A stretch of DNA of 64,000 nucleotides. Source: an uncultured cyanobacterium. Lineage in GTDB: Bacteria; Cyanobacteriota; Cyanobacteriia; PCC-6307; Cyanobiaceae. The DNA is taken from NCBI GenBank assembly GCA_963765575.1, contig CAVXWZ010000002.1:448001-512000 (forward strand), written 5' to 3'. Each line of letters begins with the position of its first letter. The first letter of the stretch is position 1. Below, in pieces: positions 52,751 through 63,211 of the stretch. The translations under genes and the position numbers were made by a program. The notes under the pieces were generated by a model. The model was not told the origin of the DNA. It made no database searches and saw only the letters and a program-made list of their open reading frames with translations.

Positions 52751-53072
52751 TGATCTGCCAAGGCATATGTTTTGACCATTCTGATGCTATAGGTTGGCCC
52801 AGGAAAAGTCTAGAATTACGCGGATCAGAAGGCCTTCCCTCTCAGCTTGAGCAGCCCACTGCTCAACAACAGCCGATTGGAGCGGCCGGGCTGGAGCCAG
52901 CTCGTCGCCATGTCATAAGAAGCTGGTGCCTTCATCTTGAGGGTCGCTCTGACCCTATCGGCGCTGACTGACAGTCTGGTCGCAACAACGGGCGAAATCG
53001 ATCTGCCTTAGTCCGGGTCACTTTAGTCTTGAACCGTCTCGGCCTGCGCTACCACTGCCCATACTCAGGCAC

Positions 53073-54050
53073 TCATTCTGGTATGGGCTTTTGGGGTGGA
53101 TCAGCGTTAGCGGAGAGTAAAGCCTGCAGGGCCGGCAGCTGCTGCTTCATGCTGGTATAGCCGCGGCAGATGATCTGCTGAGCCTTGTGAAAGTCAAAGA
53201 TGGCGTAATCGTTTAAGCGTGGCTCGATCAGCAGATCTGGGCTGTGTGCTTCGAGTCGGCTGCGGGTGACTTGCTGTTCCATCACATTCAGCGAGCTGCC
53301 GATCACCTCAAAGATGTTCGGACATGGATCGTCATCGACGAACCAGCGGTCAACTTTGGCGTGCAGATCCTGCTCTAGATCCAAGTAGCGTTCGCTGAGA
53401 TTCTTGAGGAATGATTGTTTGCGCAGCTCTCCCGCCTCACTGCTGGCTCGTCTGGGCTGATCCTCTACCCCAGCATCGTCTTGTGGATCCTCTGAGTGCC
53501 CTACGCCATTGCTGTTGAGATTCACGGCGATCACCACCTCAGCACCCATCGCCCTGGCCACGTCCACCGGGACAGGATTGACAAGGCCGCCATCCCCTAG
53601 GAACAGATCACCACGGCAAAATGGCGTAAAGATCCCCGGCACAGAGATGCTGGCTCTGACCGCATCCACCATCGCCCCTGAGCGGAGTTGCACCTCCTCT
53701 CCTTTGAGCAGATCGGTGGCAATACAACAGAACGCGATCTCGGATTCCTCAATCTTCATCCCCTGAATGCGATCGGACAGCAGGTCGTAAATCTTGTTGC
53801 CATCCAGCAGGCCGCAGGTGGGGAAAACCAGGTCGAAGTAGGTGAGCATGTCTTTCCAGCTCAGATCGCTGATGAAGTCTTCCAGTTCATCCAGCTCACC
53901 GGCGCAATGGATGGCGCCAACCAGAGCGCCGATGCTGGCCCCAGAAATGCAATCAATCCTGATCCCAGCCTCCTGAAGCGCTCGCAGCACACCGATGTGC
54001 GCCCAACCCCTGGCACCACCGCTTCCCAGGGCCAGGCCAATGCTTGTCAT
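53073..54050 (-). CDS. Patatin-like phospholipase (RssA type)
   Basis: LALGSGGARGWAHIG, GASIG, RASISVPG.F.P, DGGLVNPVP. Confidence 0.9.
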   Translation of the reverse strand: MTSIGLALGSGGARGWAHIGVLRALQEAGIRIDCISGASIGALVGAIHCAGELDELEDFISDLSWKDMLTYFDLVFPTCGLLDGNKIYDLLSDRIQGMKIEESEIAFCCIATDLLKGEEVQLRSGAMVDAVRASISVPGIFTPFCRGDLFLGDGGLVNPVPVDVARAMGAEVVIAVNLNSNGVGHSEDPQDDAGVEDQPRRASSEAGELRKQSFLKNLSERYLDLEQDLHAKVDRWFVDDDPCPNIFEVIGSSLNVMEQQVTRSRLEAHSPDLLIEPRLNDYAIFDFHKAQQIICRGYTSMKQQLPALQALLSANADPPQKPIPE

Positions 54051-54224
54051 GCTGAGATCACGCCGGTGATCGTGGCAGCCATCCCTGAGTGCAGGCGGCA
54101 ACTGAATGCATTCATTGACTTCGAGCAGGTGATGTTTGAAGCAGTGAACGCAAGATCAATTGCAATGCGACAATCTGATTGTTTTCGCTCAAGCCTATGG
54201 CCATTTCATAGGGCAGCAAGCGAA

Positions 54225-55326
54225 TCAGCAGAGGTTGTTGATCTGCCGATAGGCGCCCCAGAAGCGCTCCATCTGCTCGCTTGTGCCGATGCTGACGCGC
54301 AGGGAGCCGTCGATCAGCGGCTTGCCCGCCATCGAGCGCACGAGGATGCCGGCGTCGCGCAGGCGGGCCTCCACCTGCGCGGCCGGATTCTCAGGCCAGA
54401 TCAGCAGGTAGTTGCCGCCGGCGGCGTGGTGGCGCACCCCCGCGGCCTGCAGCTGGGCCACCAGCCAGTGGCGGGCGCGCAGCACCTCGGCCACGTAGGC
54501 ATCGGTGTAGGGCTGATCGGCCAGGGCAGCGAAGGCGGCGGTGACGGCGAAGCTGTTGATGTCGTAGGGCCCGGTGACGCGGCTGAGGCGATCGATCACC
54601 GGCGCAGCGCCGATGGCGAAACCGATGCGCAACCCGGCCAGCCCGGCCGTCTTGGCCAGGGACCGCAACACCACCAGGTTGGGGGTGGCGTTGAAGTCGG
54701 CCAGGGGCAGCAGGCTGTCACCGGTGAAGGCCTCATAGAGCTCATCCACCACCACCAGGGTGTGGGGGCCGGCCGCCGCCAGCGCCAGGATCTCCCGCGG
54801 CGCCAGGCGGGTGCCGGTGGGGTTGTTGGGGTTGCAGATCAGCAGCAGCCGGGGCCAGGGCTCATCCACCAGGGCCCGCCGAATCGCTGCCAGCGGGAAG
54901 CCAAACTGATCCCCCTCGTAGGGGATCGCCTCAATACCCATGCCCTGCATGCGGGCGCAGGGGGAGTAGTAGCCGAAGGTGGGGGTGGTGGTGAGCAGGG
55001 TGTCACCACGCTCGCCGTAGGCCTGGAAGAGGGCGTGGATGGCCCCGTCGGCGCCATTGAACAGGCCGATCTGATTGGGGTTGAGGGGATGGGCCAGCGC
55101 CCCCCCGGCCAGATTGGCCACCATCGCCTCACGCAGGCCGTCGTATTCGGGATAGGTGGCGATCTGGTCGGCGGGAATGGCCCGCAACGCCGCCGCCACC
55201 CTGGGGCTGGGGCCGATGGTGTTCTCGTTGAAATCGAGCCGCAGCAGGCCGCGCCGCCCCTCCAGCGGTGCGCTGTAGGCCTGCAGGTCTCTCCACCTCC
55301 TGGCGCGCCGGGGGGAAGGGGTTCAT
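54225..55326 (-). CDS. hisC: Histidinol-phosphate aminotransferase; one +1 frameshift near 55287
   Basis: After removing one base: EVERLQAYSAPLEGRRGLLRLDFNEN; CNPNNPTG, VDELY, RSLAKTAGLAGLRIG. Confidence 0.88.
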
Positions 55327-55461
55327 GGCTGGGACTGATCGCCCGCAGTGCCGTGACGATCTCGATGATGCCCGAACCTGGTCACGCGGTGGAACCGTTG
55401 CGCTAAGCCAACCCAGCGTAGAAGTGCAAGGGACCAATGCTGCCCTTGGCCATCCTCAAGC

Positions 55462-56756
55462 TCAAGGGGAGGGCCAGATGTCATCCTCACCCAGTGTCTG
55501 AAAGGATGCCTCAAGACGATCAACGGCACCGCCCACACCTCCTGACGCCTCCATATCAGCCTGCAGGCGCTGCGCCTTGTCCCGGTAGGTGGGATTGCTG
55601 AGCACTTCAGACACCAGGACCGTCAGCCGGTGGATGTCGAGCTGTCCCAGCGGTATGACACACTCGGCACCACTGTAGGCAACGCGGGCCGCTATCCCTG
55701 GCTGTTCGTTGGTGATCGGGATCGCCACGAGCGCCACACCACAGCCTATGGCTGTCAGCGTGGTGTTGAAGCCGGCATGGGTGATCACCAGCGCCGATCG
55801 GGCGATCAACTGTTGATGCGGTGCATAGGACACCACCAACGGTTGACCGGGCAAATCCAGCGGCATGGCGGATGGGTTACCCATCGAGATCACCAGCTGG
55901 GCATCCAAAGGAGCGCAAGCGGCAGCAATCTGTGCAGACAGCTCCGGGCGTCGGTTCTGCAATGTGCCCAGCGACGCATAAATCAGGGGGCGTCCATCCA
56001 ATCGCTCCCACGGAAAGGACACGGCATCACGGAGCAGCGGCTCGCGGCCGGAGGGATCCGCAAGGCGTCCCACATAGTGGAAGTGGGGCGCCAGCCGTTC
56101 GCGGGGAAAATCAAAGCCGGGCGGCAGCTGAGCCAACTGCAGCAACGGCGAGTAGCTCTGCTCCCGGCACCGATGGCGCCTCAGCCCCCAGCATTGCCGC
56201 TGCTCTTGAAGGCCTCGCCACAACGGAGCGGTGAGCCAGTTCAGCAGGATGTTGCCGATCTGGTTACGCCAGCGGGTCCACGGCGCGTTGCTTGGCAACC
56301 AACCCGTGGGATAAGGAGGGACTGCTGGCTCGCAGTTCACTGGTAACGCATTGGAGATGGTCACAAACGGCACTCCGAGTTTTTCGGCTACCGATGCACC
56401 TGCTGGGCAGATCTGATCCACCAGGAGAAGCTGGATGCCGGCCAGCGCTACTGCAGCCGTAAGCTCCTGGTGCAGCATGTCCATCTCACGTTGGAGGTAG
56501 GCCAGCGTGAAGCGCAGTCCGGCCAGGCCGCTGAGTCGGCCGAGCTGGGCATAGGCCTCATCAACGTCGCCGGGGGGAAGGCCTCGGTGCCAATCGTCAC
56601 CACCTCCAGCGGCAGCCCAGACAGTTTCCGAGCCCCATCGGCCACGGTGAACAGCACCACATCGTGGTGTCGCCGCATGAGCTCCAGCGCCAGGGCCACC
56701 ATGGGATTGAGATGGCCGATGGCGGGCGGAACCACAATGCCAAAGCGATGGTTCAT
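55462..56756 (-). CDS. GT1/MGT-family glycosyltransferase; -1 frameshift in a 6-base homopolymer (56572-56577)
   Basis: GHLNP N-terminus (ORF 56448..56756); YASLGT, APHQ, ITHAGFNT, EQP (ORF 55462..56484); one extra C gives FPPGDVDEAYAQLG..REMDML. Confidence 0.85.
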
Positions 56757-57165
56757 TGGTCAGCAGTTTTGTTCTTCAAGGAGCCATTCAATAGCTATGA
56801 TCGAGCAAATTACATGGAACACAGAGTCTAGTTTTCATCTGGTTCATTGAGGCGACCACTGTCTGACGTGAGAAATTATCTACAACATCAGTTTTGCGAA
56901 AGGTTTTGCTGTTGCCAGCGATCCCTTGGGCCATCGAGCCTCTGGCAGGTCATCCCTCAACCCAATCAACCTCCCAACCGTTGCCAAGCACAGACAGAGG
57001 ACCCGCAAGAGCCCTCGCACGATTGACAACCGATCATCTCCTGGCTAGACATAGGATTGACATTTTAGCAGACGCATCCTACGTGGAGACCTGCTAATTC
57101 TAAAGTCTCCATGCGGATCAAGTCGCAGACTCAAGCCGCACTCTGCCCCGAAAGATTCCCGATCA

Positions 57166-57945
57166 ATGGCTCTAAAATGTCCCCGCTGTCGTAGCAAGTC
57201 AGTACGCCACGACAGAAGCCTGGGTGGCAGGGCCGTCTGTTCGGTGTGTGGAACGCCAATGGTTGAGCCAAAGCCAAGCGCCTGGCGACTTCGAACGCAT
57301 GCTCTAGGGGCACAAGGTCAATGGCTGCAATCAAAAAGCATTAGGAATCTAATCGCATGGCTACTACCAATCAGCCTGGTTGGTTCTTATGTCTATCTAA
57401 TGGCGAATCCAAGGGCAGTTTCCCATTGGATAGCCCCATACAGTCCGGCCAGCAAAAATGACTGGTGGATCAAGACACCTGCGGACGTGGAGCTTTTGAT
57501 TGGTGAAGCCCAAAAGGGTGATGGGGAGGATGTGGAACAGTCAGTTCACGCCACGACTCGGGAGCTGATTTTTCTATTAAAAGATAAAGGTGTGCGCTTG
57601 TTAGTCAGTGAGCGAGTGACTGAGCATGCGGCCGGAGTATGGGATCCCAATAGGGCTGAAATCAGAATTCTTCCTTCAACCGTTGCCCTGGGAAGCCACG
57701 CTCTTGAAGAGGTTATTGCCCATGAGTCCGCACACGTAGCACAATCTTGTCGAGCTGGTGGCCTTGGCGAAGGCAGTGAGCCGATGGGGATCAAGGTGGA
57801 TGCTGCAGAAGTTTTTTTGCAACAACTCAGATCACCATTGTATGAAGGACCGGCTCCAGAGAAGGCGATCGAGTTAGAAGCCTTTTCCGTGGGTGCTAAC
57901 CCTCCATGGGCAATCAAACTTCTTGATTATTTCTGCAAGAGTTGA
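57166..57945 (+). CDS. Hypothetical Zn-ribbon + TM + HExxH metallopeptidase-like protein
   Basis: CPRC..CSVC, one TM helix, AHESAHVAQSC..ELEA; AT-richer than host. Confidence 0.7.
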   Translation: MALKCPRCRSKSVRHDRSLGGRAVCSVCGTPMVEPKPSAWRLRTHALGAQGQWLQSKSIRNLIAWLLPISLVGSYVYLMANPRAVSHWIAPYSPASKNDWWIKTPADVELLIGEAQKGDGEDVEQSVHATTRELIFLLKDKGVRLLVSERVTEHAAGVWDPNRAEIRILPSTVALGSHALEEVIAHESAHVAQSCRAGGLGEGSEPMGIKVDAAEVFLQQLRSPLYEGPAPEKAIELEAFSVGANPPWAIKLLDYFCKS

Positions 57946-58090
57946 CAGCTGTCCGCGGGCACGGCGTTTGCCCATCTCCATCCACCCCACACATCCCCTT
58001 GAGGACAGTGAGCCGGTCCATCGCAGCGATGGCGATGCCAGTTTGCGGAGCCCCGCCTGCAGGGTCTCAAGATCGGGATCAGCCAACCCA

Positions 58091-59902
58091 TCACATCCGC
58101 TCCAGGGTCGGGATCCCCAACAGCCCCAGCCCGAGTTTGAGCGTGGCAGCCGTGAGGTTGCAGAGCGCCAGCCGCGAGGAGCGGGCAGGCTCCTCGGCCT
58201 TGAGCACGGGCACCTGGTCGTAGAAGCGGTTGAACACCTGGCTGAGCTCGAACAGGTAGCTGCACAGCCGGTTGGGCAGCAGCTCCTCCTCCACCTCGGC
58301 AATCACCGCATCGAGCTTGAGCAGCTCCCGCGCCAGCGCCCACTCCTGGGGTTCACTGAAGCTCAGCTGGGCGGGCTGCCTCCGAGCCTCGATCCCCCCT
58401 TGCGGGCGATGCCGGCGATGCGCACCACGGAATAGAGCAGGTAGGGGGCCGTGTTGCCCTGCAGCGCCAGCATGCGATCGAAGCTGAACTGATAGTTGGT
58501 GCTGCGGTTCTGGCTGAGATCGGCGTACTTCACCGCCGCCAGGCCCACGGTGGTGGCCACCTGCTCGATGAAGGCCTCGTCTTCGCTGCGGCTCTTCCTC
58601 GCTGAGCCTTCGGCGCAGGTCGGCCTCGGCCCGCTCCACGGCCTCATCCAGCAGGTCGCGCAGGCGCACGGTGTCGCCGGCGCGGGTCTTCAGCTTCTTG
58701 CCGTCGTCGCCCTGCACCAGCCCGAAGGGCACATGCTCCAGGCGTGCCCCGGCCGGGATCCAGCCGGCCCTCTCGGCCACCTGGAACACCCCCGCGAAGT
58801 GGGCCGCCTGGCCCGCATCGGTCACGTAGATCACCCGCCGGGCGCCATCCCCCTCCGGCGGCGCCGCGAAGCGGTAGCGGATCGCGGCCAGGTCGGTGGT
58901 GGCGTAGTTGAAGCCGCCGTCGCGCTTCTGCACGATCACCGGCAGGGGCTTGCCGTCTTTTCCACTCACGCCTTCGAGGAACACGCAGCGGGCGCCGTCG
59001 TCGGTCACCAGCAGGCCACAGGCCTCCAGATCGGCCACCACCGCCCCCAGATAGCGGTTGTAGAACGACTCACCCCGCTCGCTCAGGTCGATGGCGAGGC
59101 GGTCGTAGAGCTTCTGAAACTCGCGGCGGCTCTGGTCGCACAGCAGCCCCCAGGCCTTCAGCGACACCGGATCGCCCCCCTGCAGCTTCACCACCTCCTC
59201 GCGGGAGCTGGCCTGGAAGGCGTCATCGGCATCGAAGCGGGCCTTGGCCTGGCGGTAGAAGGCCACCAGATCGCCCAGGTCCACCGCGTCGGCGGTGCTG
59301 AGGGCCTCCGGCGCCACCTGCTTGAGATGGGTGATCAGCATGCCGAACTGGGTGCCCCAGTCGCCCACGTGGTTGAGCCGCAGCACCGGATGGCCGCGAA
59401 ACTCCAGCACCCGGGCCAGGGAGTCGCCGATGATCGTGGAGCGCAGGTGCCCCACGTGCATCTCCTTGGCGATGTTGGGGCTGGAGAAGTCCACGATCAC
59501 CGGCGCCGGCGCTTCAGCGCCGGGCTCCCGCACGCTCGGCACCCCCAGGCGCGGATCATCCAGCCGCTGCGCCAGCTCGGCCGCCAGCCGCTCCGGCCGC
59601 AGGCTGAGGTTGATGAAGCCCGGGCCGGCAATCTGGGGCTCCAGGCAGAGCGCGGTGAAGACCGGATCGGCGGCCAGCTCGGCCACGATGGCGCTGGCGA
59701 TGGCCCGGGGTGCCTGCTTCAGCGGCTTGGCCAGGGGCAGGGCGCCGTTGGCCTGGAAGTCGCCGAATTCCGGCTTGCTGGCGGGGGCCAGCTGGGGGTC
59801 GAGGGCCTGGCCCCGGGCGGCGGCGGCGGCAGCGGCCGCCGGGTAGGCCCGCTCCATCGCCACCCGCAGGCTGGCGTTGAGCGCATGGAAGACCGACAGC
59901 AT
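58091..59902 (-). CDS. argS: Arginine--tRNA ligase; two compensating frameshifts near 58591 and 58395
   Basis: [36 protein letters not shown]; conserved [17 protein letters not shown] lies in alternate frame (ORF 58363..58647). Confidence 0.93.
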   Translation of the reverse strand: MLSVFHALNASLRVAMERAYPAAAAAAAARGQALDPQLAPASKPEFGDFQANGALPLAKPLKQAPRAIASAIVAELAADPVFTALCLEPQIAGPGFINLSLRPERLAAELAQRLDDPRLGVPSVREPGAEAPAPVIVDFSSPNIAKEMHVGHLRSTIIGDSLARVLEFRGHPVLRLNHVGDWGTQFGMLITHLKQVAPEALSTADAVDLGDLVAFYRQAKARFDADDAFQASSREEVVKLQGGDPVSLKAWGLLCDQSRREFQKLYDRLAIDLSERGESFYNRYLGAVVADLEACGLLVTDDGARCVFLEGVSGKDGKPLPVIVQKRDGGFNYATTDLAAIRYRFAAPPEGDGARRVIYVTDAGQAAHFAGVFQVAERAGWIPAGARLEHVPFGLVQGDDGKKLKTRAGDTVRLRDLLDEAVERAEADLRRRLSEEEPQRRRGLHRAGGHHRGPGGGEVRRSQPEPQHQLSVQLRSHAGAAGQHGPLPALFRGAHRRHRPQGGIEARRQPAQLSFSEPQEWALARELLKLDAVIAEVEEELLPNRLCSYLFELSQVFNRFYDQVPVLKAEEPARSSRLALCNLTAATLKLGLGLLGIPTLERM

Positions 59903-60317
59903 GGAACAGGGAGGCGGCGGGCCCGGGGCAGACCCAGTGCCGATCATCCCTCCCGGCCCGCAGGCGGCGGGCCAGCCAGCAGGTCCAGGCGGGCGCCAAG
60001 CCGAGCCTCGGGCCAGGCACGGGGCCACGCTGAGAGTGACGGGCGCTGGCCGAAATCCAAGCCCAGCACAGGGTTGTTCACGGCGGACACGGTGCCCGGC
60101 ACGGCGGCGAACACCACCCCTGAGGGTTGACAGAATGGCCCATCCGTGGTGAAGTATTAGTATAAAGAATGTGGAAATTTCACTGCGTCAGCTCTCTTCT
60201 GGCCATTCCGCAGAGCCTGAAAGCACACTGCGGAGCCCCTTGTCCGCTGGACGCAGAACAATCTTCCGGCAGTCATTCTGAGCACAGCCGAAACGGCCAC
60301 AACAGGTGAAGGACAAC

Positions 60318-61889
60318 ATGACCAGTCAGTTGCAGGAACGTTCCGCCCAGGGGAGCACCACCATCACCACCCCATCCCCCGCACACCAACCTTCAACCGC
60401 GCCAGCCATGACCCGTGGCAACAGCAAGTTCGTACTCGTTTATCACCGTTCACCCTACGACCAGAAGGTTGACGCCAACGGCACAATCGAGTGGGTGGAC
60501 CAGAACAGTCCCAATGGCATCATTCCCACCCTGCGCAATCTTTTTCAGGAAGAACGGGGCGGCACCTGGATCTCCTGGCGTGAGGATGCGGAAGCGGCCA
60601 GCAGTGCCGATGAGCGCCTGGACATCGACAAAGACGGTCAATCATTCAGCCTGCGCCGCCTGCCCCTGACCCAGGAGCAGATCTCCAGTTTTTATCACGT
60701 CACCTCCAAGGAGTCGTTCTGGCCGATCCTGCACAGCTTCCCGGGGCTGTTCAGTGTCGACAACTCCGACTGGCCCATCTTTGAGGAGGTCAACCGGTCC
60801 TTCGCCCGCGCCGCCTGTGAGGAGGCCGCTGAGGGGGCCACGATCTGGATTCACGATTACAACCTCTGGCTGACGCCCGGTTACATCCGCGAGCAGCGGC
60901 CCGATGTCCGCATCGCCTTCTTCCACCACACGCCGTTCCCCTCCAACGACGTGTTCAGCATCCTGCCCTGGCGCGACGCGATTCTCGACAGTTTGTTGAG
61001 CTGTGACCTGGTGGGGTTCCATATCCCCCGCTATGCCAACAACTTCGCCCGCAACGCCATGAACCTGCGCGGGGTGCAGGGTGGCGATCCGATCCCGGTG
61101 GCGACCAAGTTCCGCCGCGTCGGCTGCGCCCTGGCCGAGCCCACCGCCATCCCCTGGCTGGAGCACGAGGGCCGCAGGGTGCACCTGCTGGCCTCGCCGG
61201 TGGGCACCTCCCCGGAGGCCCTGCGTGCCATCACCGCCAGCGACGAGGTGCGCACCATGGCCACCCAGATCGCCGAGCAGCACGAGGGCTGCAAGCTGAT
61301 CCTCTCGGCCTCCCGGGTGGACTACACCAAGGGCAACGAGGAGATGCTGCTGGCCTACGAGCGGCTGCTGGAACAGCGGCCCGAATGGCACGGCCGGGTG
61401 GAGCTGTTCCTGGCCTGCGTGGCCGCCGCCGGCGGCATGCGCATCTACGACGACATCCAGCGCTCGGTGGAGGAGATGGTGGGCCGCATCAACGGTCGCT
61501 TCGGGCGCATCGACTGGACCCCCATCCGCCTCTCCACCCGCCGGGTGCCCTACGAGGAACTGCTGGCCTGGTTCAGCGAGGCCGACGTCTGCTGGATCAC
61601 CCCCCTGCGCGACGGTCTCAACCTGGTGGCCAAGGAGTACGTCTCCGTGCGCCAGGGCCGCGGTGGTGCCCTGGTGCTCTCGGAGTTCACCGGCGTCTCG
61701 GTGGAGCTGGAGCAGGCCCTGCTCACCAACCCCTACTCCCACACCAGCATGGACCGGGCGATCGTGGCGGCCCTGGAGATGGCGCCGGAGGAGCAGCGCC
61801 AGCGCATGGCCGCCATGACCGGCACCGTGGAGACCTTCACCGTGCAGCACTGGGCCGAAGAACAGCTGGGGGCCCTGCGGGCGCTTTGA
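60318..61889 (+). CDS. ggpS: Glucosylglycerol-phosphate synthase (GT20)
   Basis: VYHRSP, SPNGIIPTL, WIHDYNLW, FFHHTPFPS, RVDYTKG, PLRDGLNLVAKEY; start could be 60306 or 60408. Confidence 0.9.
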   Translation: MTSQLQERSAQGSTTITTPSPAHQPSTAPAMTRGNSKFVLVYHRSPYDQKVDANGTIEWVDQNSPNGIIPTLRNLFQEERGGTWISWREDAEAASSADERLDIDKDGQSFSLRRLPLTQEQISSFYHVTSKESFWPILHSFPGLFSVDNSDWPIFEEVNRSFARAACEEAAEGATIWIHDYNLWLTPGYIREQRPDVRIAFFHHTPFPSNDVFSILPWRDAILDSLLSCDLVGFHIPRYANNFARNAMNLRGVQGGDPIPVATKFRRVGCALAEPTAIPWLEHEGRRVHLLASPVGTSPEALRAITASDEVRTMATQIAEQHEGCKLILSASRVDYTKGNEEMLLAYERLLEQRPEWHGRVELFLACVAAAGGMRIYDDIQRSVEEMVGRINGRFGRIDWTPIRLSTRRVPYEELLAWFSEADVCWITPLRDGLNLVAKEYVSVRQGRGGALVLSEFTGVSVELEQALLTNPYSHTSMDRAIVAALEMAPEEQRQRMAAMTGTVETFTVQHWAEEQLGALRAL

Positions 61890-63211
61890 GTCGGGCACTG
61901 CCGCGGCGCTGGCCCGGGCCCGCCGCGGCCATCGGGCTGGGCCTGCTGCTGGCGTTGATCATCGGCCTGCTGAGCTCGGTCTGGGCGCGTCCGGCCACCG
62001 TGGTGCGCGTGTTGATGCCGGCCCCCTTCGCCGATGCCACGGCCGCTGTGGTGGCGGAGTTCAACCGCAGCCACCGCGACCTGCGCATCGCCGTCACCAG
62101 GGGCCCGTTCCAGACCGATGCGGTGTCGGACCTGGCGATCAGCAGCCTGCTGCTGGGCGACAGCCCCTACGACCTGCTGCTGATGGACGTCACCTGGACG
62201 GCCAAGTACGCCGCAGCCGGCTGGCTGCAGCCCCTGGACGCCTGGCTCGGCCCCGGGGCCCTCGAGCCCCTGGTGAGCGGCGCCCGCAGCGGCAACCGCA
62301 TCGACGGTCGCCTCTACCGGCTGCCGCTGGTGGCCGACATGGGGCTGCTCTACTGGCGCACCGACCTGATGGCGGCCCCGCCGCGCACCCCCGATGAGCT
62401 GGTGGCGATCTCCCGGCGCCTTCAGGAGCAGGGCCAGGTGCGCTGGGGCTACGTGTGGCAGGGCCGCCAGTACGAGGGGCTGAGCTGCGTGTTCCTGGAG
62501 CTCATCAACGGCTTCGGTGGCCAGTGGGGCCCGGGCCCTGGCGGTGCAACCGGTTTCGGCCTGGCCGGCCAGCCGGCGGCGCGGGCGGCCGGCTGGCTGC
62601 AGCAGCTGGTGCGCGAAGGGATCAGCCCCCGGGCGGTGGCCAACTTCGCCGAACCCGAGGCCCTGCAGAGCTTCGCGGCGGGCGAGGCCGCCTTCCTGCG
62701 CAACTGGCCCTACGCCTGGCAGGAGCTGCAGCGCGACGGCAGTGCCGTGGCCGGCCGGGTGGGCGTCACCACGATGGTGGCCGAGCCGGGGGCACCCCAC
62801 GCCGCCACCCAGGGCAGCTGGGGGTTGTCGCTGCTCACGGGCAGCCCCCACCCCGAGGCGGCGGTGGCGGCGCTGCAGGCCCTCACCGGCGAGGCCAGCC
62901 AGCGCCGGCTGGTGAGCCAGTACGGCTACACCCCCACCCTCACGGCCCTGTTCGACGACCCCCAGCTGGTGGCCGCACGGCCGCTGCTGCCCGAGCTGCG
63001 CCAGGCCCTGGACCAGGCGGTGCTGCGGCCCATCAACCCCGGTTACGCCCAGCTCAGCGACATCCTCCAGCGCCAGCTCAGCGGCCTGATCACCGGCAAC
63101 GCCGATCCCGCCGCCGCCATGGCCCGGGCGGGCCGTGACAGCGATCTGCTGCTGCGGGCCAGCGGCCAGGCCCGCCCGCAGCGTCCGCAGGCCGGCGCGG
63201 TGGCCCCATGA
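61886..63211 (+). CDS. Sugar ABC transporter substrate-binding protein
   Basis: DLLLMDVTW, LYWRTDL, QGRQYEGL, FLRNWPYAW; TTG start overlaps the ggpS stop. Confidence 0.88.
   Translation: MSRALPRRWPGPAAAIGLGLLLALIIGLLSSVWARPATVVRVLMPAPFADATAAVVAEFNRSHRDLRIAVTRGPFQTDAVSDLAISSLLLGDSPYDLLLMDVTWTAKYAAAGWLQPLDAWLGPGALEPLVSGARSGNRIDGRLYRLPLVADMGLLYWRTDLMAAPPRTPDELVAISRRLQEQGQVRWGYVWQGRQYEGLSCVFLELINGFGGQWGPGPGGATGFGLAGQPAARAAGWLQQLVREGISPRAVANFAEPEALQSFAAGEAAFLRNWPYAWQELQRDGSAVAGRVGVTTMVAEPGAPHAATQGSWGLSLLTGSPHPEAAVAALQALTGEASQRRLVSQYGYTPTLTALFDDPQLVAARPLLPELRQALDQAVLRPINPGYAQLSDILQRQLSGLITGNADPAAAMARAGRDSDLLLRASGQARPQRPQAGAVAP

Larger units (their letters stand above)
46760..54200. other. Putative accessory insert (lower GC, atypical codon usage)
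   Basis: Visibly more A/T at third codon positions than flanks, strongest in ppx; no integrase or att site seen; boundaries approximate. Confidence 0.65.

Noticed and set aside
58018..58032. Palindrome CCATCGC-A-GCGATGG as a terminator
   Set aside because: One-base loop and no U-tract, so insufficient support
60121..60170. Sigma70 promoter for ggpS (TTGACA at 60127, TAGTAT at 60158)
   Set aside because: Spacing of 25 bp is too long; the AT-rich patch is probably regulatory but no site can be assigned
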